Positions 56,833 to 64,000 of a stretch of DNA of 64,000 nucleotides are shown piece after piece (position 1 is the first letter of the stretch; the number at the start of each line of letters is the position of its first letter). Origin of the DNA: a bacterium (lineage in GTDB: Bacteria; Planctomycetota; UBA11346); contig JAIFND010000020.1 in the NCBI GenBank assembly GCA_020047915.1, positions 467 through 64,466 of the forward strand, read 5' to 3'. The notes beneath the pieces were generated by a model that ran no database searches, had not been told where the DNA came from, and saw only the letters and a program-made list of their open reading frames with translations. A program made the translations under genes and the position numbers.

Positions 56833-58185
56833 ATGCACCGACTCCTCGCCCTTCCCGTGTTCTGCCTCCTCCTCGTCGCCGCTGCGCGTGCTGGTGACGC
56901 CCCATCCCCGGCCTCCTACGCCAGCATGATTGAGGCGGTCGCTCCAGGTGTGGTCACCGTCTATACGACCAAGCAGGCACAGGGGTCGCGGCGCATGATT
57001 ATGCCCTTCCTGGAGGAGAACACCCCTGGGATGCGCCGACGCCCCGAATCCGGCCAGGGTTCCGGGGTCGTGGTCGGTGCCGATGGCGTCATTCTCACCA
57101 ACAACCATGTCATCGACGGCGCAGATCGCATCGAAGTGCAGTTGCATGGCGCCCGCGGCCGGGTCGTGGCCACCCTGGTCGGCGCCGATCCCAAGACCGA
57201 CCTGGCAGTCCTGCGCATCGACGCCAAGGGCCTCCCGGTCATCGCCTTCGCCGACAGCGACCGGGTGCGGGTCGGCGACCTCGCCTTCGCCATCGGCAAT
57301 CCCTTCGGCGTCGGCCATTCGGTCAGCATGGGCATCGTCAGCGCCACCGGCCGTGGAGGCGTCGGCATCGTTGATTACGAGGACTTCATCCAGACGGATG
57401 CTTCGATCAACCCTGGCAACAGCGGTGGGGCGCTGGTCGACAGCCTGGGTCGTCTGGTCGGCATCAACACGGCGATCTACTCGCGTGGCGGCGGCAACAT
57501 CGGCATCGGCTTCGCCGTGCCGGCCAATCTCGCCAAGCGGGTGAAGGACCAGTTGCTGGATGGTGGCAAGGTCGTGCGCGGCTACCTGGGCGTGCAGATC
57601 GGCGAGTTGACCCCCGAACTGGCGCGCAAGTTCGGCGGCGAGGCCGGCACCGGCGCTCTGGTCGGCGAAGTCCTCGACGACGGCCCGGCAGCCAAGGCCG
57701 GCTTGGTCGCCGGGGATGTCATCGTGCGTGCCGATGGTCGGCCGGTTGCCGATCCGCGCCAATTACGCTTGCAGATCGCCGGCGTGGCGCCGGGCAGCGA
57801 AATCACCCTGACTGTGCTACGCGACGGACGCGAACAGGATCTGCGGGTCACCATCGGCGAGCTGCCGGGAGATCCGGTCGTTGCTGGTGGCGGTCAGCCG
57901 GGGGAGCCGGGGCGTCTCGGCGTGACGCTGCAGGATCTGACGCCGCAGATCCGCCAGCAGGCCCAAGTGCCGGCACGGATCCAGGGTGCCCTGGTCACCC
58001 AGGTCGAGGACGGTTCGCGCGCCGAGCGCGCCGGCCTGCGCCCCGGCATGATCATCACTGAGGTCGAACGCCGAGCCGTCGCCGACGCCAGCGCCACTGT
58101 TCAGCAGTTGCGCTTGGCGAGCGGCGATGTCCTGTTGCGCGTGTGGTTCGAGGGTGCCAACCGGTGGATCGTGGTGGGGGAATGA
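56833..58185 (+). CDS. htrA: HtrA/DegP-family periplasmic serine protease with two PDZ domains
   Basis: 450 aa. Signal peptide. Catalytic triad context: TNNHVI, DLAVLRI, GNSGGALV. Two PDZ-like segments. Confidence 0.92.
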   Translation: MHRLLALPVFCLLLVAAARAGDAPSPASYASMIEAVAPGVVTVYTTKQAQGSRRMIMPFLEENTPGMRRRPESGQGSGVVVGADGVILTNNHVIDGADRIEVQLHGARGRVVATLVGADPKTDLAVLRIDAKGLPVIAFADSDRVRVGDLAFAIGNPFGVGHSVSMGIVSATGRGGVGIVDYEDFIQTDASINPGNSGGALVDSLGRLVGINTAIYSRGGGNIGIGFAVPANLAKRVKDQLLDGGKVVRGYLGVQIGELTPELARKFGGEAGTGALVGEVLDDGPAAKAGLVAGDVIVRADGRPVADPRQLRLQIAGVAPGSEITLTVLRDGREQDLRVTIGELPGDPVVAGGGQPGEPGRLGVTLQDLTPQIRQQAQVPARIQGALVTQVEDGSRAERAGLRPGMIITEVERRAVADASATVQQLRLASGDVLLRVWFEGANRWIVVGE

Positions 58186-58205
58186 CCACTGAAACCGCAT
58201 TGGAT

Positions 58206-58304
58206 TCACACAGAGGACCAGAGGACCAGAGACTTAATTGGGTCATCTGACTGGTGGGCGAACTCCCTTGTCTGGAACTCTGGTACCTCTGGTGCTCTGT
58301 GTGA
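58206..58304. repeat. ~99-nt imperfect hairpin with tandem GACCAGAG arms between convergent htrA and batE
   Basis: tcacacagag-gaccagag-gaccagag pairs with ctctggta-cctctggtg-ctctgtgtga (one mismatch, one bulge). The ~46-nt loop is AT-richer. It may act as a bidirectional terminator. Confidence 0.6.
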
Positions 58305-58323
58305 AGACCTGCCTGTGGGGCGT

Positions 58324-58980
58324 TCAGGGCATCAGATCGCTGATCGGCAGCCAGCAGGCCTGACCGTCCGGCAGGGTGACGCCGCTGCGCTGATCCCAGG
58401 TGCGCCCGCTGCGCTGCAGCAGCGTGCCGGCGGGGACGGCGCGGATCGGCGCCCCGGTGCTGTCCAGGGCCTGGGTGTCGCGCACCGTCGCTGCCCAGTG
58501 TGGCGAGCGGTCGAGATGCACGGCCATCAGGCCGGGGGCGGCGAGTACCAACAGGACCCCCGAACTGGTCAGCAGAGCAGGTCGCCAGCGCGAGCGGCCG
58601 AAGCCCAGACCCAGACCAAGGCCAGCCAGGCTCAGGACGGCGACGGCCGCCCAGCCTGTGCCGGGCAGGGCGATGGGGCCGGCGCGCTCGCACCACGTGG
58701 TCGGCAGCGCAACGCCCAGGGCGCGCAGTGCATTGCGCGGGGCGGGTTGCTCGGGGGCGAGGTTGTGGGCCTGCACCAGACTGGCCACGGCGGGACCGTG
58801 CTGGCCGGCGGCGGCAGCAGCGAGACCTGCGTCAAGCCAGGCATCCCAGCGTCCGTTGTCCCGGGCCGTGGCGATCAACGGTGCAACCGCCTCATCCGGC
58901 CGACCCTGCGACCAGGCGGCGTAGGGATCGGCGGCGCTCAGCAGACCTGAGACGGCGAACAAGAGCAGGCCACGCTTCAT
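58324..58980 (-). CDS. batE: BatE-like protein (signal peptide, TPR-like region, TM, SH3-like C-terminus)
   Basis: 218 aa. The domain order and operon position after batD match Bat operons. ATGA-type overlap with batD. Confidence 0.62.
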   Translation of the reverse strand: MKRGLLLFAVSGLLSAADPYAAWSQGRPDEAVAPLIATARDNGRWDAWLDAGLAAAAAGQHGPAVASLVQAHNLAPEQPAPRNALRALGVALPTTWCERAGPIALPGTGWAAVAVLSLAGLGLGLGFGRSRWRPALLTSSGVLLVLAAPGLMAVHLDRSPHWAATVRDTQALDSTGAPIRAVPAGTLLQRSGRTWDQRSGVTLPDGQACWLPISDLMP

Positions 58981-60485
58981 GGCACGTGCTCCAGAACCCG
59001 GATCTGCGCCTCCAGATCCGGCAGAGCTTCACCGCCGAAGCGATGCCGTTCGACGGCCTGCTGCAACGCCTGCTGGGTCTGACGCTGTTCGGCGCTGAGT
59101 TCGGCACCGGCCAGGGCGCGCAAGGCCTGTTCCAGCGCGAGGGGATCGCGCCCGGCCTTGCGCAGGCTGTGCCCGCGGTGTGTTCCGCGCCGGTTGCGCC
59201 GCAGATGGCCTACCAGAGTCCAGGCTCCGCCCAGACCGAGGCCACCGATCAAGCCCAACCACGCCAGAGTGTCGGCAGGTCTGGTTCCAGCGCTGCCACG
59301 CAGCGGTTCGGGCAGGCTGGGGCTGACAACGGCCAGAGGTGTGGTCGGCTGTGCTGGGCTGGCGGTCTGACCGACGATGCCGAGATCGCGCTGGCGGCCC
59401 GGGATGACAGTCAGCACCAGGCTGTCGGACTGCGCGGCGCGGTAGGTCTGCGATCCGGGATCGAAGAAGGGGAAGGCGAAGGCGGGGATGGTGATGCGGC
59501 CGGGCGCCGAAGGGACCAGATCCCAGGTGAATGTACGCGTGCCGTTCTCGCTCTGGTCGGTCTTCGGGTAGGCCTGGACGCCGGGGATGGCGAAGTCCGG
59601 GCGCTTGACCAGATCGGTCTGCCGACTGGTGACCGACAGGCTGAGCAGAGCGCCTTCGCCGGCCGAGACGCGTTCGCGGTCGAGGCTGGCCCGGGCGCTC
59701 AGCGGGCCGATCAGACCGGTGAAGCCCTCTGGTCGGCCGGTCGTGGGCAGTTCGCTGACCGTCAGCGTGGCGGGAGCGACCGCCACCTGAGCGCGCTTGG
59801 CGCGCTGGTTGAAGAAATTGTCGCCGACCACGACCTGATATTCCTGCTGGCCGCGCACCGTGTAGGTCCCAGGCGTGGCCAGGGTCAACGGCCAGGTGGT
59901 GGTGACCAGTGTCCAGGCGCGCCCCTGGGCATCGACCGTCGAGCTTTCCGCCATCGTCCGCTCACCCAAGGTGATGCAGCCTTCAGGCGGAGCGATGCCC
60001 AGCTTGCTGACCTCGCCCCGCCGCAGGTAGAGCCGGTACACCAGGCTGGTGGGCTGGCCGGGGACGATGCGGTCTGGTTCGAAGACCACCTCGGCAAGGG
60101 CCTCGCCAGTCAGACGGGCATCGCCGTCCGCCGCGCGCAGGCGGGTTTCGCCACTCTGCATCCGGCTGCCATCGTTCAGTACCACGGTTATGGGGGGGAC
60201 GGTGAAGGCGCCGCGCTGGCTGGCTAACACGCTCAAGCCGACGCTGATCGTCGTCGTGCGCTGCCCATTACTGATCGTGGTGTTCTGGCTGGTCTGCCCG
60301 GCCAGGGCCAGGGTGACCCCGGCGACGGTGGGGAATTCGACCGAGGTCGGGTTGGCAGGGGGATCGACGATGCGCAGGGTGGCAGCCATCGTCGCCCCCG
60401 GGATCACCGGGTCAGGCAGATCGAGATGGACCTCGCCGGCCCACCCGCAGACCGCCAGGAAAAGGAGAATGAGAGTCTTCACCAC
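58977..60485 (-). CDS. batD: BatD-like (oxygen-tolerance family) protein
   Basis: 502 aa. Signal peptide and beta-rich repeats. LPTTGRPEGFTGLIGPL motif. C-terminal TM LAWLGLIGGLGLGGAW followed by a helical tail. Confidence 0.75.
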   Translation of the reverse strand: MVKTLILLFLAVCGWAGEVHLDLPDPVIPGATMAATLRIVDPPANPTSVEFPTVAGVTLALAGQTSQNTTISNGQRTTTISVGLSVLASQRGAFTVPPITVVLNDGSRMQSGETRLRAADGDARLTGEALAEVVFEPDRIVPGQPTSLVYRLYLRRGEVSKLGIAPPEGCITLGERTMAESSTVDAQGRAWTLVTTTWPLTLATPGTYTVRGQQEYQVVVGDNFFNQRAKRAQVAVAPATLTVSELPTTGRPEGFTGLIGPLSARASLDRERVSAGEGALLSLSVTSRQTDLVKRPDFAIPGVQAYPKTDQSENGTRTFTWDLVPSAPGRITIPAFAFPFFDPGSQTYRAAQSDSLVLTVIPGRQRDLGIVGQTASPAQPTTPLAVVSPSLPEPLRGSAGTRPADTLAWLGLIGGLGLGGAWTLVGHLRRNRRGTHRGHSLRKAGRDPLALEQALRALAGAELSAEQRQTQQALQQAVERHRFGGEALPDLEAQIRVLEHVP

Positions 60486-62197
60486 GATCTGCCGCGTTGT
60501 GTAGGCGCCTTGTCGCCACCGTCGAGCAGTTGGTAGCGCAAGGTGTCCCTGCGTTCCTCAGGCAACTGATCGAGCCAGCGGTCGGCGGCGGTCTGGTTGA
60601 GCGCAGCCGCCTGGGCGGCCTGCTCCTTGGCGGCCTGCTGCTGCGACTGGCCATCCTGCTTCTGCTCACCTGGCTTGGCGTCCTCCTGTTGGGCCTGCTG
60701 CTGGCCGTCCTGCTTCTGCTGATCGTCGGACTTCTGCTCGCCGTCCTGCTTCTGCTCGCCGTCCTGTTCTTCATCCTTCGCCTGGTCATCCTTCTTGGGC
60801 GGTTCCTCGCTCGGCGGCTCGACCTTGAGTTCGATCTCAGCCTGGGTGCTCGCCTTCCAGCGATCGGTGAGGGCGACGGTGACCGTGGTCGTTCCCGGAT
60901 CCTTGGCCACCCCGCGCAACCGGCCATCGGGGTCGAGGCGCACGCCAGCCGGCAGCACGCCACCCTGGATCGACCAGGCGTAGGGCGGTGTCCCACCAGT
61001 GACCTTCAGCGCCTGATCGGCCGGCGATCCAGCCCGCAACTGGACTGGATCACTGGCAATGAGCGGCAACGGATTGACCGGCAGACGCAGGGTCACTTCG
61101 CGGCGGCGGCCATCGGCGGCGGCGATCACGGCGGCGAGGGAATTCTCGCCGGCCTGCTCGGGAGAGCCGGCCAGCAGACCTTCGGGAGTCACGCGCAGAC
61201 CCGGGGCCGAGGGCATGCTCCAGCGGTACTCCTGGGTCGGGCCGCGTACGGTCAGACGATGCTGGTAGGGGGTCGAGACGGTGGCGGCGGGCAACGGCTG
61301 TCGCTGACCAGCAGGTCGATCAGGCGGTTGGCGCTGACCGTGCCATCGCTCACCTGGGCATTGACCGTGAAGGTGCCGGTCGCGGTCGGGGTGCCGCTGA
61401 TCACGCCGTCGGCGCTGCCGCCCAGCCCGGCGGGCAGGGTGGCGATCTGCCAGCGCAACGGGCCGGTGAAGCCGACCGCAGCCAATTGGGCACGGTAGGT
61501 CTGGCCGAGGATCGCCTCGGGCAACGAGGCGGTGGTGATCTCGGGCCGTGGCAGGATGCGCAGTTCCGTCGCGGCGTTGACCTTGGCGCCAGCCGCGTCG
61601 CTGAGTTCGACCTCCAGCTTGGTCGTGCCCGCTGCGCGTGGGGTGCCGGACAGCGTGCCGTCGGCAGCGAGGCTGATGCCGTCGGGCAGCTTGGTTGCAC
61701 CGGCTACGACCGCGCGAGTGGGCGGCGTGCCGCCGGCGATCGGTAGTTTAGCTTTGTAGGCTTCGCCGACCCGGCCGAGCGGCAGCGGCACGGGATCGAG
61801 ATGCAGCTTGCGCGCCTCCTCCTCGGCTTTGCGCCGGGCTTCATCCTGACGCGCCAGCACGACGCGACGGATCTCATCGCGCAGCGGGGCGGCCTGCTGA
61901 TCGAGGGACACGGCGCGCTCGGCCGCTACCAGGGCTTCCTCCAGCCGGCCCTGCTTGAAGCGGGCGATGGCGAGGTTGTAGGCGGCATGGGTGTTCGGCC
62001 GCCTTCGACGGATCGGTCTCCAGCAGCAGCGTGCCGAGGTTGAAACGCGCGGCGGCGAAGCCGGGCTCGTCGCCAAGCAGCTTCTCGAGTTCGACGCGCG
62101 CCTGCTCGGCCGGTTTGCGGCTGATCTCGGCCAGGCGGTCCCAGGTATCGGCGGCGCCCGCGCAGGCGGCGAGCAGGATGAGGCTGGCGATGCGCAA
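60479..62197 (-). pseudogene. BatC-like lipoprotein (TPR + four Ig-like repeats + acidic/Gln-rich tail) interrupted by two frameshifts
   Basis: A sensible protein is obtained only by joining three track ORFs. Part 1: 61874..62491 (from the TTG of LRIASLILLAAC to ...DPSKAAEH). Part 2: 61252..62076 (HAAYNLAIARFKQGRLEEA... to ...LLVSDSR). Part 3: 60479..61294 (LPAATVSTPYQ... to the end). The first and third parts share a frame. Confidence 0.6.
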
Positions 62198-62213
62198 ATG
62201 ACGAGATGGTGCA

Positions 62214-62362
62214 GTTCGGCGTTCGGCGTTCGGCGTTCGGCGTTCGGCGGCTAGTCCGTGTATATGACCCTGGTCGCTGCCCTGCGGATAAACTGTACCA
62301 TAGTCCGTAGTTCCATCAAAAATCATTCGGAACGGCGCACGTCGAACGCCGAACGCCGAACC
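62214..62362. repeat. Inverted heptanucleotide arrays (TTCGGCG)x5 / (CGCCGAA)x~2.5 flanking a ~90-nt AT-richer core
   Basis: 62214-62250 reads ttcggcg g ttcggcg ttcggcg ttcggcg ttcggcg. 62343-62362 reads cgaacgccgaacgccgaacc. The core is 46/90 G+C by hand count and contains tagtccgt twice. Confidence 0.65.
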
Positions 62363-62379
62363 AATAGCTGTTGGCATAA

Positions 62380-63354
62380 TCACGCCTTCCTCCTCGTGCC
62401 CAACAGCGCCCCTGCGGTCAGCAGCAGGATGGCCGGGATCAGGAACCAACGGAAGCGTTCGCTGGCCACCACGCGCTGGCGTTCGATCCACGGGCGCTGG
62501 GCGATGCTGCTGGAGATGTGAGCGGTCAAGGCCTGCACATCATCGTCGGTGGTGGTGGCATTGACGCTGATCGCCCCGGTCGCGGTCGCCAGGCTGTCGA
62601 GGGTGCTGCGGTCGGCGTCCATCGCCTGCTGCTTGCCGTCGATGACCAGCGTCACCTTGCGTTCGGTGTCACCCAGGAACAGGCCATAGACCGGGATGCC
62701 GGCCTTCTTCGCCGCCTCGGCCGCCTGTTTCACCGCCTCGGTGTCCTCGTCCGAGCCATCGCTCATCACCAGGATGGCCTGGCCGCGCTCGACCTCGCGC
62801 CCGAGCACGCCGAGACCCTCGCGCACCGCCGCGCCGATCGCCGTGCCCTGGTAGCCGTGCTCGGCCGGGAACAGCTCCGGCGAGCAGTCCTGCAGCATCT
62901 CACCGATCGCCTGGTGGTCGCCGGTCAGCGGGCAGCGCAGCACCGGCAGGGCGGCGAAGGGCATCAGCGCCAGACGCAGTTCGGGAGCGACGCGCAGCAG
63001 ATCCATCGCCTTGCGTCGCGCCGCCTCCATGCGGTTCGGGTGCAGGTCGTCGGCCAGCATCGAGCGGCTGCAGTCGATGGCGATCAGCACATCGGCGCCC
63101 GAGGCGCTGCGCGTGCTTTCAGCCGCGCCCCAGCGTGGTGCGGCGAGGGCGATGCAGGCGCTGCCCAGGCCAGCCCACAGCAGCAGCGCACGCAGGCGCT
63201 CGCGGCGACGGCCGACGCTGGCGGTCAGATGTGCCGCGCCGGCGCCGATCCCGGCCTGGGTCCGGCGCACACGCGCACCCCACCACCAGCGCAGCGCCGC
63301 GCAGGCGGCCAGCACGGCAAGCAGCAGGAAGGCGGCAGGCAGGCCCCAGCTCAT
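62380..63354 (-). CDS. batB: BatB-like von Willebrand factor A domain membrane protein
   Basis: Start at MSWGLPAAFLLLAV (ATGA overlap with the batA stop). vWA MIDAS DVLIAIDCSRSM. ...ILVMSDGSDED. C-terminal TM. Confidence 0.8.
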   Translation of the reverse strand: MSWGLPAAFLLLAVLAACAALRWWWGARVRRTQAGIGAGAAHLTASVGRRRERLRALLLWAGLGSACIALAAPRWGAAESTRSASGADVLIAIDCSRSMLADDLHPNRMEAARRKAMDLLRVAPELRLALMPFAALPVLRCPLTGDHQAIGEMLQDCSPELFPAEHGYQGTAIGAAVREGLGVLGREVERGQAILVMSDGSDEDTEAVKQAAEAAKKAGIPVYGLFLGDTERKVTLVIDGKQQAMDADRSTLDSLATATGAISVNATTTDDDVQALTAHISSSIAQRPWIERQRVVASERFRWFLIPAILLLTAGALLGTRRKA

Positions 63355-64000
63355 GCCGTACCCCGCAGGCGCGGCTCGAAGACCAGGGCAAGGGCGGCGA
63401 GCGCAAGACCGAGCGCCAGCGGCCACAGCCAGCGGTCGGCAAAGTCGTCGCGTTGGCGCAGGGTGCGCGGCGTCGGTTGCAGGGTGCTGATGCGGGTGAA
63501 CACCTCGTCGAGTCCCTTGGCGTCATCGGCGGCATAGGCCATGCCGTTGGCGCGGCCGGCGATGCTCTGCAGGCGTCCCATGTCAGGCAGCATGTCGCCG
63601 CGCAGGCGTTGGGTCACGACCCGGCCGAAGGGGTCGCGTCGCGTCATGGTGCCGTGCGGATTGCCCACGCCGATGCCATAGACGGTCACGCCCAGGCGCT
63701 CGGCCTGGCCGGCGGCGACCAGCGGATCGATCCAGTTGCGCAACTGCCGGCTGTCCACGCCATCGGTGACCAGGATCACCGCCCGGCCCTTGACCTCGGG
63801 GTTGCGCAGCGCCTTCAGCGCGGTGCCCAGGCCGAGGCCGAGGTTGGTGTTGCCGCCGAGCAGGCCGTCGGCACCGCGCGCCCACAGCGCGCGCTGCTGT
63901 TGCTCGGTACGGTCGATGAACTGCTCGACGGTGTCGTGATCGTAGGTCAGTGGGCACGAGGTCAGCGCCCCATCGGCGAAGAACACCAGTCCGATGCGGT
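63351..64000 (-). CDS. batA: BatA-like vWA domain protein, 5' end outside window
   Basis: The reading frame is open to the window edge (...RIGLVFFADGALTSCPLTYD...AVILVTDGVDS...). C-terminal TM WLWPLALGLALAALALVF. Confidence 0.8.
   Translation of the reverse strand, partial: RIGLVFFADGALTSCPLTYDHDTVEQFIDRTEQQQRALWARGADGLLGGNTNLGLGLGTALKALRNPEVKGRAVILVTDGVDSRQLRNWIDPLVAAGQAERLGVTVYGIGVGNPHGTMTRRDPFGRVVTQRLRGDMLPDMGRLQSIAGRANGMAYAADDAKGLDEVFTRISTLQPTPRTLRQRDDFADRWLWPLALGLALAALALVFEPRLRGTA

Noticed and set aside
62214-62362. CRISPR-like array.
   Set aside because: The repeat unit is only 7 nt with no spacers, and no cas genes are in the window.

Overview
This is a GC-rich bacterial chromosomal segment, roughly two-thirds G+C by eye. 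A hand count gave 41/60 G+C for one line in the folD fusion. I support about 48 protein-coding genes, mostly in long and often translationally coupled operons. I recognised no rRNA, tRNA, CRISPR array, transposase or integrase.

Gene content in window order:
- Minus-strand operon: FolD/homocysteine-methyltransferase/MTHFR triple fusion, Amt ammonium transporter, Hanks kinase, three small proteins, second Hanks kinase.
- Five-gene TolC / three giant HlyD-like adaptors / MacB efflux operon.
- NUDIX-MlaE-MlaF-giant MCE operon.
- pheT; XylR-type regulator plus a 1300-aa GH2-like hydrolase; RIO kinase; fatty-acid desaturase.
- znuA-orf-znuC-znuB plus a two-component permease pair.
- Monomeric isocitrate dehydrogenase; PP2C phosphatase; 2-Cys peroxiredoxin.
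- An 1177-aa coiled-coil protein coupled to araD.
- A lower-GC prepilin/Ig-adhesin operon behind a textbook sigma-54 promoter. It lies divergent from a sigma-54 activator, two histidine kinases and HtrA.
- A Bat (aerotolerance-type) operon whose BatC-like gene is split by two frameshifts.

Most interesting candidates:
- The multi-adaptor MacB pump.
- The sigma-54-driven minor-pilin/adhesin module.
- The envelope-spanning-looking MCE protein.
- The Amt-kinase coupling.
- A set of intergenic hairpins whose arms are short tandem repeats.

Caveats:
- All functional calls rest on motifs read by eye from the ORF-track translations; no searches were run.
- Internal start sites and hand-read motif coordinates may be off by 1-3 nt.
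- At two places (about 2337-2394 and 62160-62221) my reading of the printed sequence disagreed with the ORF track by 1 nt. I followed the track frame there.
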